A program made the translations under genes and the position numbers. A model generated the notes under the pieces. The model was not told the origin of the DNA. It searched no databases and saw nothing but the letters and a program-made list of their open reading frames with translations. Shown here piece after piece: positions 1 to 7,953 of a stretch of 64,000 nucleotides of DNA. The stretch lies in IMG/VR virus record IMGVR_UViG_3300027763_001732; one strand, written 5' to 3'. The stretch is from an uncultured virus (IMG/VR IMGVR_UViG_3300027763_001732) (taxonomy: Duplodnaviria > Heunggongvirae > Uroviricota > Caudoviricetes). Numbering within the stretch: the first letter of the stretch is position 1; the number at the start of each line of letters is the position of its first letter.

Positions 1-44
1 CCGCCCCAGCCAAATCTACCATAACCCGGTAATAAACTATACAT
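1..44 (-). CDS. 5' part of a Gly/aromatic-rich protein (MYSLLPGYGRFGWG...), truncated by the window edge
   Basis: AAGGAGA RBS then ATG at 44, just downstream of the 65..619 stop; not in the ORF track. Confidence 0.6.
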   Translation of the reverse strand, partial: MYSLLPGYGRFGWG

Positions 45-64
45 ATCGGGTCTCCTTTCAGCGA

Positions 65-619
65 TTAAACGCTTGTTGGTGTAGCTGTTTGTGTTCCGCC
101 TACTGCTCCTGCACCTACAGTAACCATACCTTGACTAGCGATAGCACTGTTCAATGCATTGATTGCAGATGTAGAGTTAGCACTTTGGTAAGCACTTACT
201 GCGCCACCGTATGCAAGACCTAAACCACCGAATTGAACACCCAAACCAGTCAATGCTGTGTTTGTGTTGATCAATGCTGTGTTCAAGTTTTGTGTATTCA
301 AGTCGACGATTAAACGACGTGTAGCTTCTGCTTGTTCCATTACTAGACGTTGGTTAGCGGCACTCGTGGCACCAATAGCACTGTCTGTACGAGCAGCAGC
401 CAACATAGTTTGTAGCGTGCCATTAGCAACTTCTTGCTTGATAGCGGCTAGTTCACTTGCATCATGTAATGCAACTTGCATAGCGCGGTTGTTTACATCG
501 TTAGCTTGTGCAACTTGTAGTTTGTAGTTTTCAAATACTGAATCAGCAACTTTTTCACGAACACCAGCAACTTGGTTTGTAAGTGAGAAGAAGGGATCTT
601 GTGTTAACATGTCAGCCAT
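65..619 (-). CDS. Ala/Gln/Asn/Thr-rich low-complexity helical protein, function unknown
   Basis: 184-aa ORF with AAGGA RBS; helical N-terminal part, Gly/hydrophobic C-terminal part. Confidence 0.75.
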   Translation of the reverse strand: MADMLTQDPFFSLTNQVAGVREKVADSVFENYKLQVAQANDVNNRAMQVALHDASELAAIKQEVANGTLQTMLAAARTDSAIGATSAANQRLVMEQAEATRRLIVDLNTQNLNTALINTNTALTGLGVQFGGLGLAYGGAVSAYQSANSTSAINALNSAIASQGMVTVGAGAVGGTQTATPTSV

Positions 620-729
620 ATTATTTTTCCTTAAAGTAAATAATACTAGGACTGTTATTTTCGCCCTAGTGTTTGAGCAAACTAAAAATCTATTTCTAGG
701 TTGCTACTAATTTACTTAAAAGGAAATAC

Positions 730-752
730 ACTAAGTCTTGCTATGACTTAGT
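730..752. promoter_or_regulatory. Inverted repeat ACTAAGTC-N7-GACTTAGT, candidate operator
   Basis: Perfect 8-bp dyad between the LuxR-type gene and the 184-aa gene. Confidence 0.35.
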
Positions 753-808
753 ATTAGACTGGCTTCAGTATTAGAAAAGTTTTTGGATACGAATATATAC
801 ACGGTTAA

Positions 809-1480
809 TTACTTGGTTAGTGCCAATTGTGTTCTGTTTCTAACACATAAGTTTTTCATGACTGCGCCGACATGAATCTTAACTGTGCTTTCACTGATAT
901 TCAGCACTCTAGCGATTTGTTTATTGCTTAGACCTCGGCTAGCAATAAGATCAAATACTTCTTGTTGTCTGCCTGTTAAACTGTGACTTGTTTTTTCTTT
1001 TTTATATTCATTGCCAGGAAGTCTGCCAATAACGTCTTTGGGCCAGTGAGGGATTTTGTTTACAATATCTGTTATGGCAGCTCGTGTGTATTCAATGCCA
1101 AATGTCTTTGCTCCGGGAATTATGCCAAATATTTTATGTTTCTGCAATTCTTTAATTGTTGATACATGTGTGTCTGCTTCTATCGCAACACAGATAGTTG
1201 GATTTACTATTAAATCGTTATACTTCATCATAGTTTCTAACATCATCATAAACTCTGATATTGTGCCACCATGCCGTCGAACCATGTCTATGTGAAAACT
1301 AATAGTGTTTGGTTCTTCATGTAGTGCGTCTGACAATTCACTGAAACTTTTACAATGTCTAATATCAATGTCAATGTCTTTCATTATAAGTTTTTTCATT
1401 TCCACGGACATATAACAATCCGGGTCATCTCGGAAATAAATGTGAAGTGGTCTTTTATGTGCGTAAGTTAAGTTTTCCAT
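809..1480 (-). CDS. LuxR/NarL-family transcriptional regulator with a degenerate receiver-like N-terminal domain
   Basis: C-terminal LTGRQQEVFDLI..GLSNKQIARVLNISESTVKIHV..RNRTQL HTH signature. Confidence 0.9.
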   Translation of the reverse strand: MENLTYAHKRPLHIYFRDDPDCYMSVEMKKLIMKDIDIDIRHCKSFSELSDALHEEPNTISFHIDMVRRHGGTISEFMMMLETMMKYNDLIVNPTICVAIEADTHVSTIKELQKHKIFGIIPGAKTFGIEYTRAAITDIVNKIPHWPKDVIGRLPGNEYKKEKTSHSLTGRQQEVFDLIASRGLSNKQIARVLNISESTVKIHVGAVMKNLCVRNRTQLALTK

Positions 1481-1626
1481 GTAAACGGTTCTCCTGGGTA
1501 GTTGCTACTGTTTTTACTGCGGAATTTTTCATAATGGTCTTTCTATATTAATACTTACTGCGATCTATACTAAATGTTATTAGTACTCTGTAGTACTAGT
1601 ACTTCAGTGCTGTAATTATTATAGTA

Positions 1627-1655
1627 ACTATAACACATTTGCGGGCTAGAGTCAA
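1627..1655 (-). promoter_or_regulatory. sigma70-type promoter for the LuxR-type gene
   Basis: TTGACT-17 nt-TATAGT with a TG extension. Confidence 0.55.
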
Positions 1656-1696
1656 TCTTTCCAAAATAATAATAATCAACAACTAAATAATGTTTT

Positions 1697-2602
1697 ATGA
1701 ATAAACTTAAAAAAATACTTTTGGGCATGTGTATATGCATTTCGGCTCATGCTGTAGAATTCACTGTTCATCATGCTCCGGGTGGACCCAGCGACAGGAT
1801 CACCAGATTGATCACAAAAAACTTACCAGCGGCTGCTGGCTATACTGTGCAAAATCGTCCTGGTGCCGCTGGCAGAATTGCAGTCAAATATGTACTACAA
1901 GGCAACAGTGTGCTGATGGCTACTGTACCACAAATATATGTAACCAATCCAATAATGTTTAAAGATTTAGAATACAATCCAGACACGGACTTGGAGATAT
2001 TAGGAGTCGTTGCTGTTCTTCCAAATTTATTAATATGCAATTCAAAACTGGGAATCAAAACATTCAATGAATTTTTATCAACAACAAAATCATTGAGCTT
2101 TGCCATTAATGGTTATGGTAGCTCAGAACATATTGCATCTGAATCTTTGTTTGTCCATGCCAGAGGCAAGCATTTGGTAATACCCTATCCTGCAGGAGGC
2201 AACAAAGGTGCATTGGACGTAATGGCTGGAAATGTAGATTGTACATTCGGCAACTATGCCGGTATCAAAGCAATAATCTCTGATCCAAGAATCACTGTAC
2301 TATTTGCCAGTCATGACATGGGAGATAAGATAGTTACATGGGAACAATACTTTAAAGAACCATTTCCATATCAAAGTTATGTAGCATTAGTAGTTTCTAA
2401 ATCCATGGAAGCTGACAATAAGTCTAAGATTGTTGCTGATGTTTCAAAGGTATTCTCCAGCAAGGAATTCAAAGACACTACATTTGACGCAGGTCTACTG
2501 CCTGTGGGATCAACTGAGCCATGGATGATAAATTCTGTGTTAAAATCAAACCGAGCACTGACTAGGTTTATTCAAAACAATAAACTAGAAATTAAACAAT
2601 AA
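1697..2602 (+). CDS. Bug/TctC-family tripartite tricarboxylate transporter substrate-binding protein
   Basis: Signal peptide; PGGPSDRITR, VQNRPGAAGRIA, GYGSSEH, IPYPAGG..DVMAGNVD motifs. Confidence 0.85.
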   Translation: MNKLKKILLGMCICISAHAVEFTVHHAPGGPSDRITRLITKNLPAAAGYTVQNRPGAAGRIAVKYVLQGNSVLMATVPQIYVTNPIMFKDLEYNPDTDLEILGVVAVLPNLLICNSKLGIKTFNEFLSTTKSLSFAINGYGSSEHIASESLFVHARGKHLVIPYPAGGNKGALDVMAGNVDCTFGNYAGIKAIISDPRITVLFASHDMGDKIVTWEQYFKEPFPYQSYVALVVSKSMEADNKSKIVADVSKVFSSKEFKDTTFDAGLLPVGSTEPWMINSVLKSNRALTRFIQNNKLEIKQ

Positions 2603-2604
2603 AA

Positions 2605-3756
2605 TCAACGATCTGCAAAAGATCCTATTTTATAATTTTTTCCAAATAATTTTAATCCGTCAAGATCACCATTGCGGTGATTGGCAAATGTATGTAGTTT
2701 GTCTTTGACGAAGTTAACGCCTTCCAGCCAAATACCATATGCTCTCGTATTACTGTATCCATCTTCAAACCATTGATCAAATTCACTGGTCCAGTCTTTG
2801 ACTGCTTTGTCTGTTTGAAACCAATTTTCATTCCATGTCGTATATACAATATTTTTAAGAAGTTGCTCGTGGTAAATTCTAAATATCTTAGGATCTGCCA
2901 TTACTTCACTGTCAAACAATTTCTGCATTTCGGGTTTAAATTTTAACCAGCGACGAACAACATGGGCTTGCTTGGTTAAAATATCTATGCTGTCCGGACT
3001 CCAATAGTATAGTTCTACGGTGCTGTTTGTGTACTCATTCAAGTGATCGGGTATTGGTACAATGTTGGCGGCTCGGTCTGCAAATCTAATATAAAAATCG
3101 CCATTGCGTATAAAACAACGTGGTTTGTCCACACCCACAACAATGACCATGGATTTGTTTTTATCAAACTGTTTTCTAATTTCAGTCATGGCCAAATAAT
3201 TATATCTAGTGGCATTGGCAGCGTTAAGGCCTTCTTTGCGACCCAGTACCCAACTGGCATCTTTGGCTGAATTCATGTAGTCAAATAAGTGATCACTGAG
3301 ATCGCAGACTGTGATTTTTGTTCTAGGAATCAGTACTGCGATTTCTTTTAATCTAGGCACAGTCTGTAATCTAAACTCGGCAGGGGTATTGGTTGGATCT
3401 GTATTGTTTACATTAAGATCCGTGAATTGCCGGTTGGCTTTTTCCATGTTGTTTACAACAATTTCATCTATATGCAGACCTTGGCGGATAAAGCTCATTA
3501 AAATATTATGACTGTCTGCGCCACCCGAATAACTTAATACAACGTAGTCGTACTTTTCTCTAATCTGTCTGCTTCTTAAATTATATAATGCATCAAGACT
3601 TAATTCCGGCTCTACACTCCAATTGTGTTTTGAAAAAATCTCATCGTTGAAATGCCATTGAACTTCTCTGCCTGTGGAAACTGCATGTAGACATGCTTGA
3701 ATTTTAGATTCAAATTCTAGACCAGCACATGTATAATACCCTAATTTTTTGTTCAT
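2605..3756 (-). CDS. PP-loop (adenine nucleotide alpha-hydrolase-like) ATP pyrophosphatase
   Basis: VVLSYSGGADS PP-loop; later GVDKP motif. Confidence 0.7.
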   Translation of the reverse strand: MNKKLGYYTCAGLEFESKIQACLHAVSTGREVQWHFNDEIFSKHNWSVEPELSLDALYNLRSRQIREKYDYVVLSYSGGADSHNILMSFIRQGLHIDEIVVNNMEKANRQFTDLNVNNTDPTNTPAEFRLQTVPRLKEIAVLIPRTKITVCDLSDHLFDYMNSAKDASWVLGRKEGLNAANATRYNYLAMTEIRKQFDKNKSMVIVVGVDKPRCFIRNGDFYIRFADRAANIVPIPDHLNEYTNSTVELYYWSPDSIDILTKQAHVVRRWLKFKPEMQKLFDSEVMADPKIFRIYHEQLLKNIVYTTWNENWFQTDKAVKDWTSEFDQWFEDGYSNTRAYGIWLEGVNFVKDKLHTFANHRNGDLDGLKLFGKNYKIGSFADR

Positions 3757-3764
3757 TGTAGTGT

Positions 3765-3778
3765 TAAATACATATTTA
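3765..3778. promoter_or_regulatory. Back-to-back TAAATA late-type promoter boxes between divergent PP-loop genes
   Basis: TAAATA (+, 3765-3770) and TATTTA (-, 3773-3778) in a 32-bp intergenic gap. Confidence 0.5.
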
Positions 3779-3788
3779 TAACAGCGAT

Positions 3789-4649
3789 ATGCAATTAGAC
3801 ACAGATGAAATTGGATTTTATATAGAATATCGGCAATGCCACGGATCGATTGGCAATCTACGAGAAGAATATAATAGGCGTGCCAGAGATATAATTGCTG
3901 TTGACAGCAAACTCATACTGGGTATAAGTTCTGGTGTCGACAGTCAAGCAGCCTTGCTGAGTTTCATGGATCAGGGAATTGACATTGAAACAGCGTTTTT
4001 GTACATGCCGGGTTACAATGACAACGAGTATAATAATTTAAAATTGCTGGAATCTGCCTGGGGATTTAAAAGTCAAATTATCGATATAGATCCCATGGCC
4101 TGCAAAGAAGAAGTACTTGCAGTCAGCAACGATCTTGGTATACCACCATTTCAAATACTCCATAGGAAGTTCCTCAGTCAACTCCCTGACATAAACTTCC
4201 TACAAGGTGGAGACGGACCGCTTATAACCTTTGTCAAGGATATTGCACATTTCTATGAAGGATACAATACCTATGAAATGTCACGCAAACGAGCAGGAGA
4301 CACTCTAGGAAGAACTGCTGAATATATATTATTTGACAAGACCAGTGAGATTGTAGTAAGCACTGTTAAAGATGATATAATGACAGCATTTATCAATGCC
4401 CACTTATTGTACACCAAACAAGGTGTTCGTAATATAGATTGGTGGGATGTCTTTATTAAGCCTATGTATTATGGAAAGTATTGGGGTAAAGATTTAATGT
4501 ACTTTCCAAAAATGTCTGGTGCAGAAAACATTGATTATGTCATGCAGGGCATGGAACATGAATACAAGAAAGATCATATACTTGTACCATTGGATAAGTT
4601 AATCAACGATTTGCTGACCACTGGTGGCAAATACTATATGGTGAGATGA
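3789..4649 (+). CDS. Second PP-loop-like protein
   Basis: ILGISSGVDS variant PP-loop; layout similar to 2605..3756. Confidence 0.6.
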   Translation: MQLDTDEIGFYIEYRQCHGSIGNLREEYNRRARDIIAVDSKLILGISSGVDSQAALLSFMDQGIDIETAFLYMPGYNDNEYNNLKLLESAWGFKSQIIDIDPMACKEEVLAVSNDLGIPPFQILHRKFLSQLPDINFLQGGDGPLITFVKDIAHFYEGYNTYEMSRKRAGDTLGRTAEYILFDKTSEIVVSTVKDDIMTAFINAHLLYTKQGVRNIDWWDVFIKPMYYGKYWGKDLMYFPKMSGAENIDYVMQGMEHEYKKDHILVPLDKLINDLLTTGGKYYMVR

Positions 4650-4650
4650 A

Positions 4651-4675
4651 AAAGAAAAGCACCCGAAGGTGCTTT
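4651..4675. terminator. Intrinsic terminator ending the tmRNA coding piece, probably bidirectional
   Basis: AAAGCACC-CGAA-GGTGCTTT hairpin (UUCG loop on minus) with a U-tract on minus. Confidence 0.85.
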
Positions 4676-4717
4676 CTAGAGTTTCTGTTACGAGGTATGT
4701 CTTACCCTAAGCTGAGT

Positions 4718-4750
4718 TTAGGCAGCTAATGCGAACTGTGAGTCGTTTGC
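4718..4750 (-). other. tmRNA proteolysis tag reading frame ANDSQFALAA*
   Basis: GCA AAC GAC TCA CAG TTC GCA TTA GCT GCC TAA after GTAAAC; canonical AND...ALAA tag. Confidence 0.92.
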
Positions 4751-4860
4751 GTTTACTTTGTTGTGCTTCTTCGGCCGAGTTCCCCCAACCCTAACGGCTT
4801 CTACATTGCCGGACTGTCCATTTCAATACTTGTGACCCAATCGATCCTGTGTCAGGCCCA

Positions 4861-5019
4861 TCATAAAGATTTTATTTTTGATACAATATTGTAAACTTTG
4901 GAGTATGCTTTGGTGATCTCATCTAACTGATCTTCAGTTATTGATTCATCTAGTTCTAGATGAACCAGATCTTTGGCCAAGTTTTCTTGCAACTCTTTCA
5001 GTTTATCGGTATCATTCAT
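4861..5019 (-). CDS. 52-aa ORF inside the tmRNA intervening segment (MNDTDKLKELQENLAKDLVHLELDESITEDQLDEITKAYSKVYNIVSKIKSL)
   Basis: Hand-translated ATG..TGA with no internal stop; fills 159 of the 172 intervening nt; amphipathic helical pattern. Confidence 0.65.
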   Translation of the reverse strand: MNDTDKLKELQENLAKDLVHLELDESITEDQLDEITKAYSKVYNIVSKIKSL

Positions 5020-5100
5020 ATACAATCTTTATGGTGGACCTGGCGGGCACTGCCCCCGCGTCTTGAATCCTTTTCTGTCTACTTCATACAGTCTTAACTA

Positions 5101-5346
5101 TTATTTACATATAATATCAGTTTGTCGTTTATTATTTATTAGAGACGACAATGTTCTTTTAGTTTCGTCACTGGCAGTTTTCGCTATTTCTTGAATTGCA
5201 TTTAATCTTGCAATTTCTGTCATTGCATAATCTTTACTAATTGATTTCTGTGCTTCTAAACAAGCATTGATGTTATTATGCAATACTGCGTTCAGCGAAC
5301 TGCATCCCGATAGTAAGATTGTTGTTAATAAAATAATTGTTTTCAT
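5101..5346 (-). CDS. Small lipoprotein
   Basis: MKTIILLTTILLSGC lipobox. Confidence 0.65.
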   Translation of the reverse strand: MKTIILLTTILLSGCSSLNAVLHNNINACLEAQKSISKDYAMTEIARLNAIQEIAKTASDETKRTLSSLINNKRQTDIICK

Positions 5347-5359
5347 AAAATGTTCTTAG

Positions 5360-5446
5360 AGGATAGTAGGGGATTTGAACCCCTGAAAGACCTACGTCTT
5401 TGCCAACTTCGGAGATTGGTGTCATAAGCCTCTCGACCAACCATCC
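5360..5446 (-). tRNA. Class II (Ser-architecture) tRNA with CCG anticodon; CCA not encoded (T-CTA follows)
   Basis: Cloverleaf: GGATGGT/ACTATCC, D-arm GTC..GAC, anticodon arm CCAAT-CTCCGAA-GTTGG, 6-bp variable arm AAAGAC/GTCTTT, T-arm AGGGG-TTCAAAT-CCCCT. Confidence 0.85.
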
Positions 5447-5524
5447 ACTAAAAACATTTACACTAGTACTTAAAAGTAGTACCATGTAAATGTTTACAGC
5501 GAATAGTTTAGTTGTACATCAGTA

Positions 5525-5824
5525 TTAGTTAGTGCAAGTTCTTTCTCTATATATTTTACCATCAGAAGTCCAAACTTCTTTCCACGGCGTACAATTTTGA
5601 TTTAATGGTATTGGTTGCTGTTCGATATATACTGGTTGCTGTACAATCACAGGTTCTGGTCTAGTCAGTGTATAACCAATAGCGCCGCCAATAATTAACG
5701 GTGCTACCCAACCGCCGTGTCCTGGATGTCGATAATGGTGGTTGTGATGACGATGTCCATGATGCTGTGCCAATGCTGGTAATGTAGCACATGCTAATGC
5801 TAAAACGATGAATAATTTTTTCAT
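5525..5824 (-). CDS. Secreted His/Pro-rich small protein
   Basis: Signal peptide, His-rich tract, GGAIG hydrophobic segment, C-terminal Cys pair; GGAG RBS. Confidence 0.7.
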   Translation of the reverse strand: MKKLFIVLALACATLPALAQHHGHRHHNHHYRHPGHGGWVAPLIIGGAIGYTLTRPEPVIVQQPVYIEQQPIPLNQNCTPWKEVWTSDGKIYRERTCTN

Positions 5825-5862
5825 AATTATCTCCTTGTTATATATTTAACGCCTTGTTGCTA

Positions 5863-6027
5863 TTATTCGTTGACAGGTCTGTCAGGCCTGTTGGGACAAA
5901 ATTCACAGTTAGGATCGTCGCATTTTGATTCCAACCATTTATTACAAGAGCCACAATAGTAGGCATCATATTGATCAGAATGTTTTATCTTACTGCCGCA
6001 CTTACAATAATTTGGGTTTATGTCCAT
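5863..6027 (-). CDS. 54-aa Cys-rich putative zinc-binding protein
   Basis: Hand-translated MDINPNYCKCG...YCGSCNKWLESKCDDPNCEFC; overlaps the upstream stop. Confidence 0.6.
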   Translation of the reverse strand: MDINPNYCKCGSKIKHSDQYDAYYCGSCNKWLESKCDDPNCEFCPNRPDRPVNE

Positions 6028-6866
6028 AGACTATCCCTTGCTTTAATTAAACGGATCATCATGGCTTCGTCCTCTGCTTCATAGGCTGACTCTATTTCCT
6101 GTAGAAGCTTGTGTGATTTATCGCTCATAGCTTTAAGCTCGGGAGTTTTATCCTTGCCCGACCAACTTAGCTTGCCGCCGTTGGCAATACGACTTGCTTC
6201 GCAGTACTCACTCCAACCACTGGCATCATATGGATCTGGGCGAGCACGATAAGTCACGGTCCACCATGTGTAAAGTTCTTTGATTTCCTTTGCACGAACA
6301 GCTTGGCCAGTTGGACGACCGTAGTTTTCATCACCTTCTTCCACACCCATATCGTTGCCAAGTGTGAGTGTCATTGCCCAGTCAAGATGATCTATACCTG
6401 CCTGCGGACAACGCCAAGTACGCCAGCGCCACCAACCACTTGCCCAGAAGGGAGGATCGTACTTTGCACGATCTTCTTTACTGCCCCAGGCAATATGACT
6501 CCATGCTGATTCTATTTCAACAAAATCAACAAGCTCATTGAATAAGCAAGGCAAAAAGCGGTTCCCCACGTCTTGCCACTGGCCAGGCTTAATATCCCTG
6601 GGATGAGCGGTAAGGCTATGAGTGCGGGTAACAAAACGGTTGTTAATGTAGTACTTGATATCATAAATTTTCCTTATAGGCCATGTAACAAAATCTTGGA
6701 TATGTCCAAGTGCTTCTTCCGCTAACCAATAGCGAAAATTGTGCTTCATCTGTGCGGCTGTTGTCCAGTCGTCCCATTCCTCTGCTGTGCCAGCACTGAG
6801 TTTTTTAGTACCTCGTAGCCAGTCTGCAAAAGGTGTACAACTCCAGTAGCGTGTATGTTGTGCCAT
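6018..6866 (-). CDS. Trp-rich hypothetical phage protein
   Basis: 282-aa ORF in a tightly packed operon. Confidence 0.7.
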   Translation of the reverse strand: MAQHTRYWSCTPFADWLRGTKKLSAGTAEEWDDWTTAAQMKHNFRYWLAEEALGHIQDFVTWPIRKIYDIKYYINNRFVTRTHSLTAHPRDIKPGQWQDVGNRFLPCLFNELVDFVEIESAWSHIAWGSKEDRAKYDPPFWASGWWRWRTWRCPQAGIDHLDWAMTLTLGNDMGVEEGDENYGRPTGQAVRAKEIKELYTWWTVTYRARPDPYDASGWSEYCEASRIANGGKLSWSGKDKTPELKAMSDKSHKLLQEIESAYEAEDEAMMIRLIKARDSLWT

Positions 6867-6867
6867 A

Positions 6868-7170
6868 TTATCTGTTTCCTTTTAATCTATTTATAAATCT
6901 TGCTTCCATTAACAATCTTGCTGTTTCTGGATCTCTCATCAAATCTTTAAATTCACACAATGTATCTGCCATTGCTGCGAATTGTTGTTCCGGAATCTCT
7001 GCTGTGATCATTGTAACATGTTCTTCTTCTGGTTTATAAAAAATGGGGTCATCCCAACTTGTGTTAATATGTGTAAATGGATTTGCATTGTACTGACGCT
7101 TTACTTTATTGCCAGTAATAGTTATCTTATAATCCATTAACACTTGACGAACGCTGTCCTGTTTATACAT
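6868..7170 (-). CDS. Hypothetical protein
   Basis: 100-aa ORF abutting its neighbours. Confidence 0.6.
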   Translation of the reverse strand: MYKQDSVRQVLMDYKITITGNKVKRQYNANPFTHINTSWDDPIFYKPEEEHVTMITAEIPEQQFAAMADTLCEFKDLMRDPETARLLMEARFINRLKGNR

Positions 7171-7615
7171 AGCCTGTTTGATTAATTATAAGTGAATCGA
7201 CCTTTTTTGTCAACTTGTTGACATTCAATCCATTTGCTGTGTAGCCTTCAATCAAACAATCTTCGTAGCCAGTACTAGGAGCTTCTTCTGCACCTTTGGT
7301 GTGCATAATATAAGCCATGGCACGGATATGTGTATTGTTATTAACTGGCGTGTCTGGGATAACTATTACTTCAATTTTATCATAGTAAAAGGGATATCCT
7401 TCCAAGCGATCCAATGCTTGTTCACATTCTTCAGTGATGTCCCAAAGAACACCTTCCATTTCACTGCCCACAACTTCGTCAATGTCAGCGTGAAGTCGAA
7501 ACTTTAATTCAAAGCCAGTTAATGTACAACGACCGAGATTAACAGCCTTGGGACAACGATTTGCCATTTCAGCGACGTTAGTGTTCATGCCATATGCAAA
7601 ATAATATCTTTTCAT
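7163..7615 (-). CDS. Gamma-glutamylcyclotransferase (AIG2-like) family protein
   Basis: YFAYGMN, EGVLW, LDRLEGYP motifs. Confidence 0.85.
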   Translation of the reverse strand: MKRYYFAYGMNTNVAEMANRCPKAVNLGRCTLTGFELKFRLHADIDEVVGSEMEGVLWDITEECEQALDRLEGYPFYYDKIEVIVIPDTPVNNNTHIRAMAYIMHTKGAEEAPSTGYEDCLIEGYTANGLNVNKLTKKVDSLIINQTGYV

Positions 7616-7953
7616 AATTTTAATGTTACATTGGTAACGTTCTTAACTGTAAAACTCCGCCAAGCAGTTGCTTCTAAATCATATACTGAAATAATGTTTA
7701 GATTTTCTTTTTTAACTTTTGGAAAGTCAATGGGATTGTTGGTATTAGATTCGTGTACGGGCGCAGGTGGCAATAATTCTGGTTGCAGGCTACAAGTCAT
7801 TACACGTTCTGCACCATCTTTTTTATTAAATGTCACAGTTACCGGACCCGTCTGTAACATTCCCACTAACCAACTACGAAACGTAGTTATTTGTTCTTCT
7901 GTCCATTCACTGCTTGGAGGCTGTAGCAGTACGTTGTTTAATATATTCGTCAT
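7612..7953 (-). CDS. SH3/WYL-like beta-barrel phage protein
   Basis: VTFNKKDGAERVMTCSL ... VYDLEATAWRSF pattern. Confidence 0.65.
   Translation of the reverse strand: MTNILNNVLLQPPSSEWTEEQITTFRSWLVGMLQTGPVTVTFNKKDGAERVMTCSLQPELLPPAPVHESNTNNPIDFPKVKKENLNIISVYDLEATAWRSFTVKNVTNVTLKL

Larger units (their letters stand above)
4680..5097 (-). ncRNA. ssrA: Circularly permuted two-piece tmRNA gene: acceptor piece ~5097-5032, intervening segment 5031-4860, coding piece 4859-~4680
   Basis: 3' end ...GCGGG GGCAGTG CCCGC CAGGTCC A CCA lies upstream of 5' end GGGCCTG; 7-bp acceptor stem with G3.U70; P2 pairings TTGGGTC/GATTCAA and ACAGTC/GACTGT; tag frame present. Confidence 0.92.

Noticed and set aside
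809..4649. Host chromosomal DNA or prophage boundary (LuxR, Bug, ssrA as attachment site)
   Set aside because: Same AT-rich style and TAAATA boxes as the phage genes; no integrase or duplicated ssrA 3' end in the window.
4973..5194. 73-aa + strand ORF
   Set aside because: Antisense to the tmRNA acceptor piece and the lipoprotein gene; no RBS or recognisable motif.
5276..5485. 69-aa - strand ORF
   Set aside because: Runs through the tRNA cloverleaf; better explained as RNA gene sequence.
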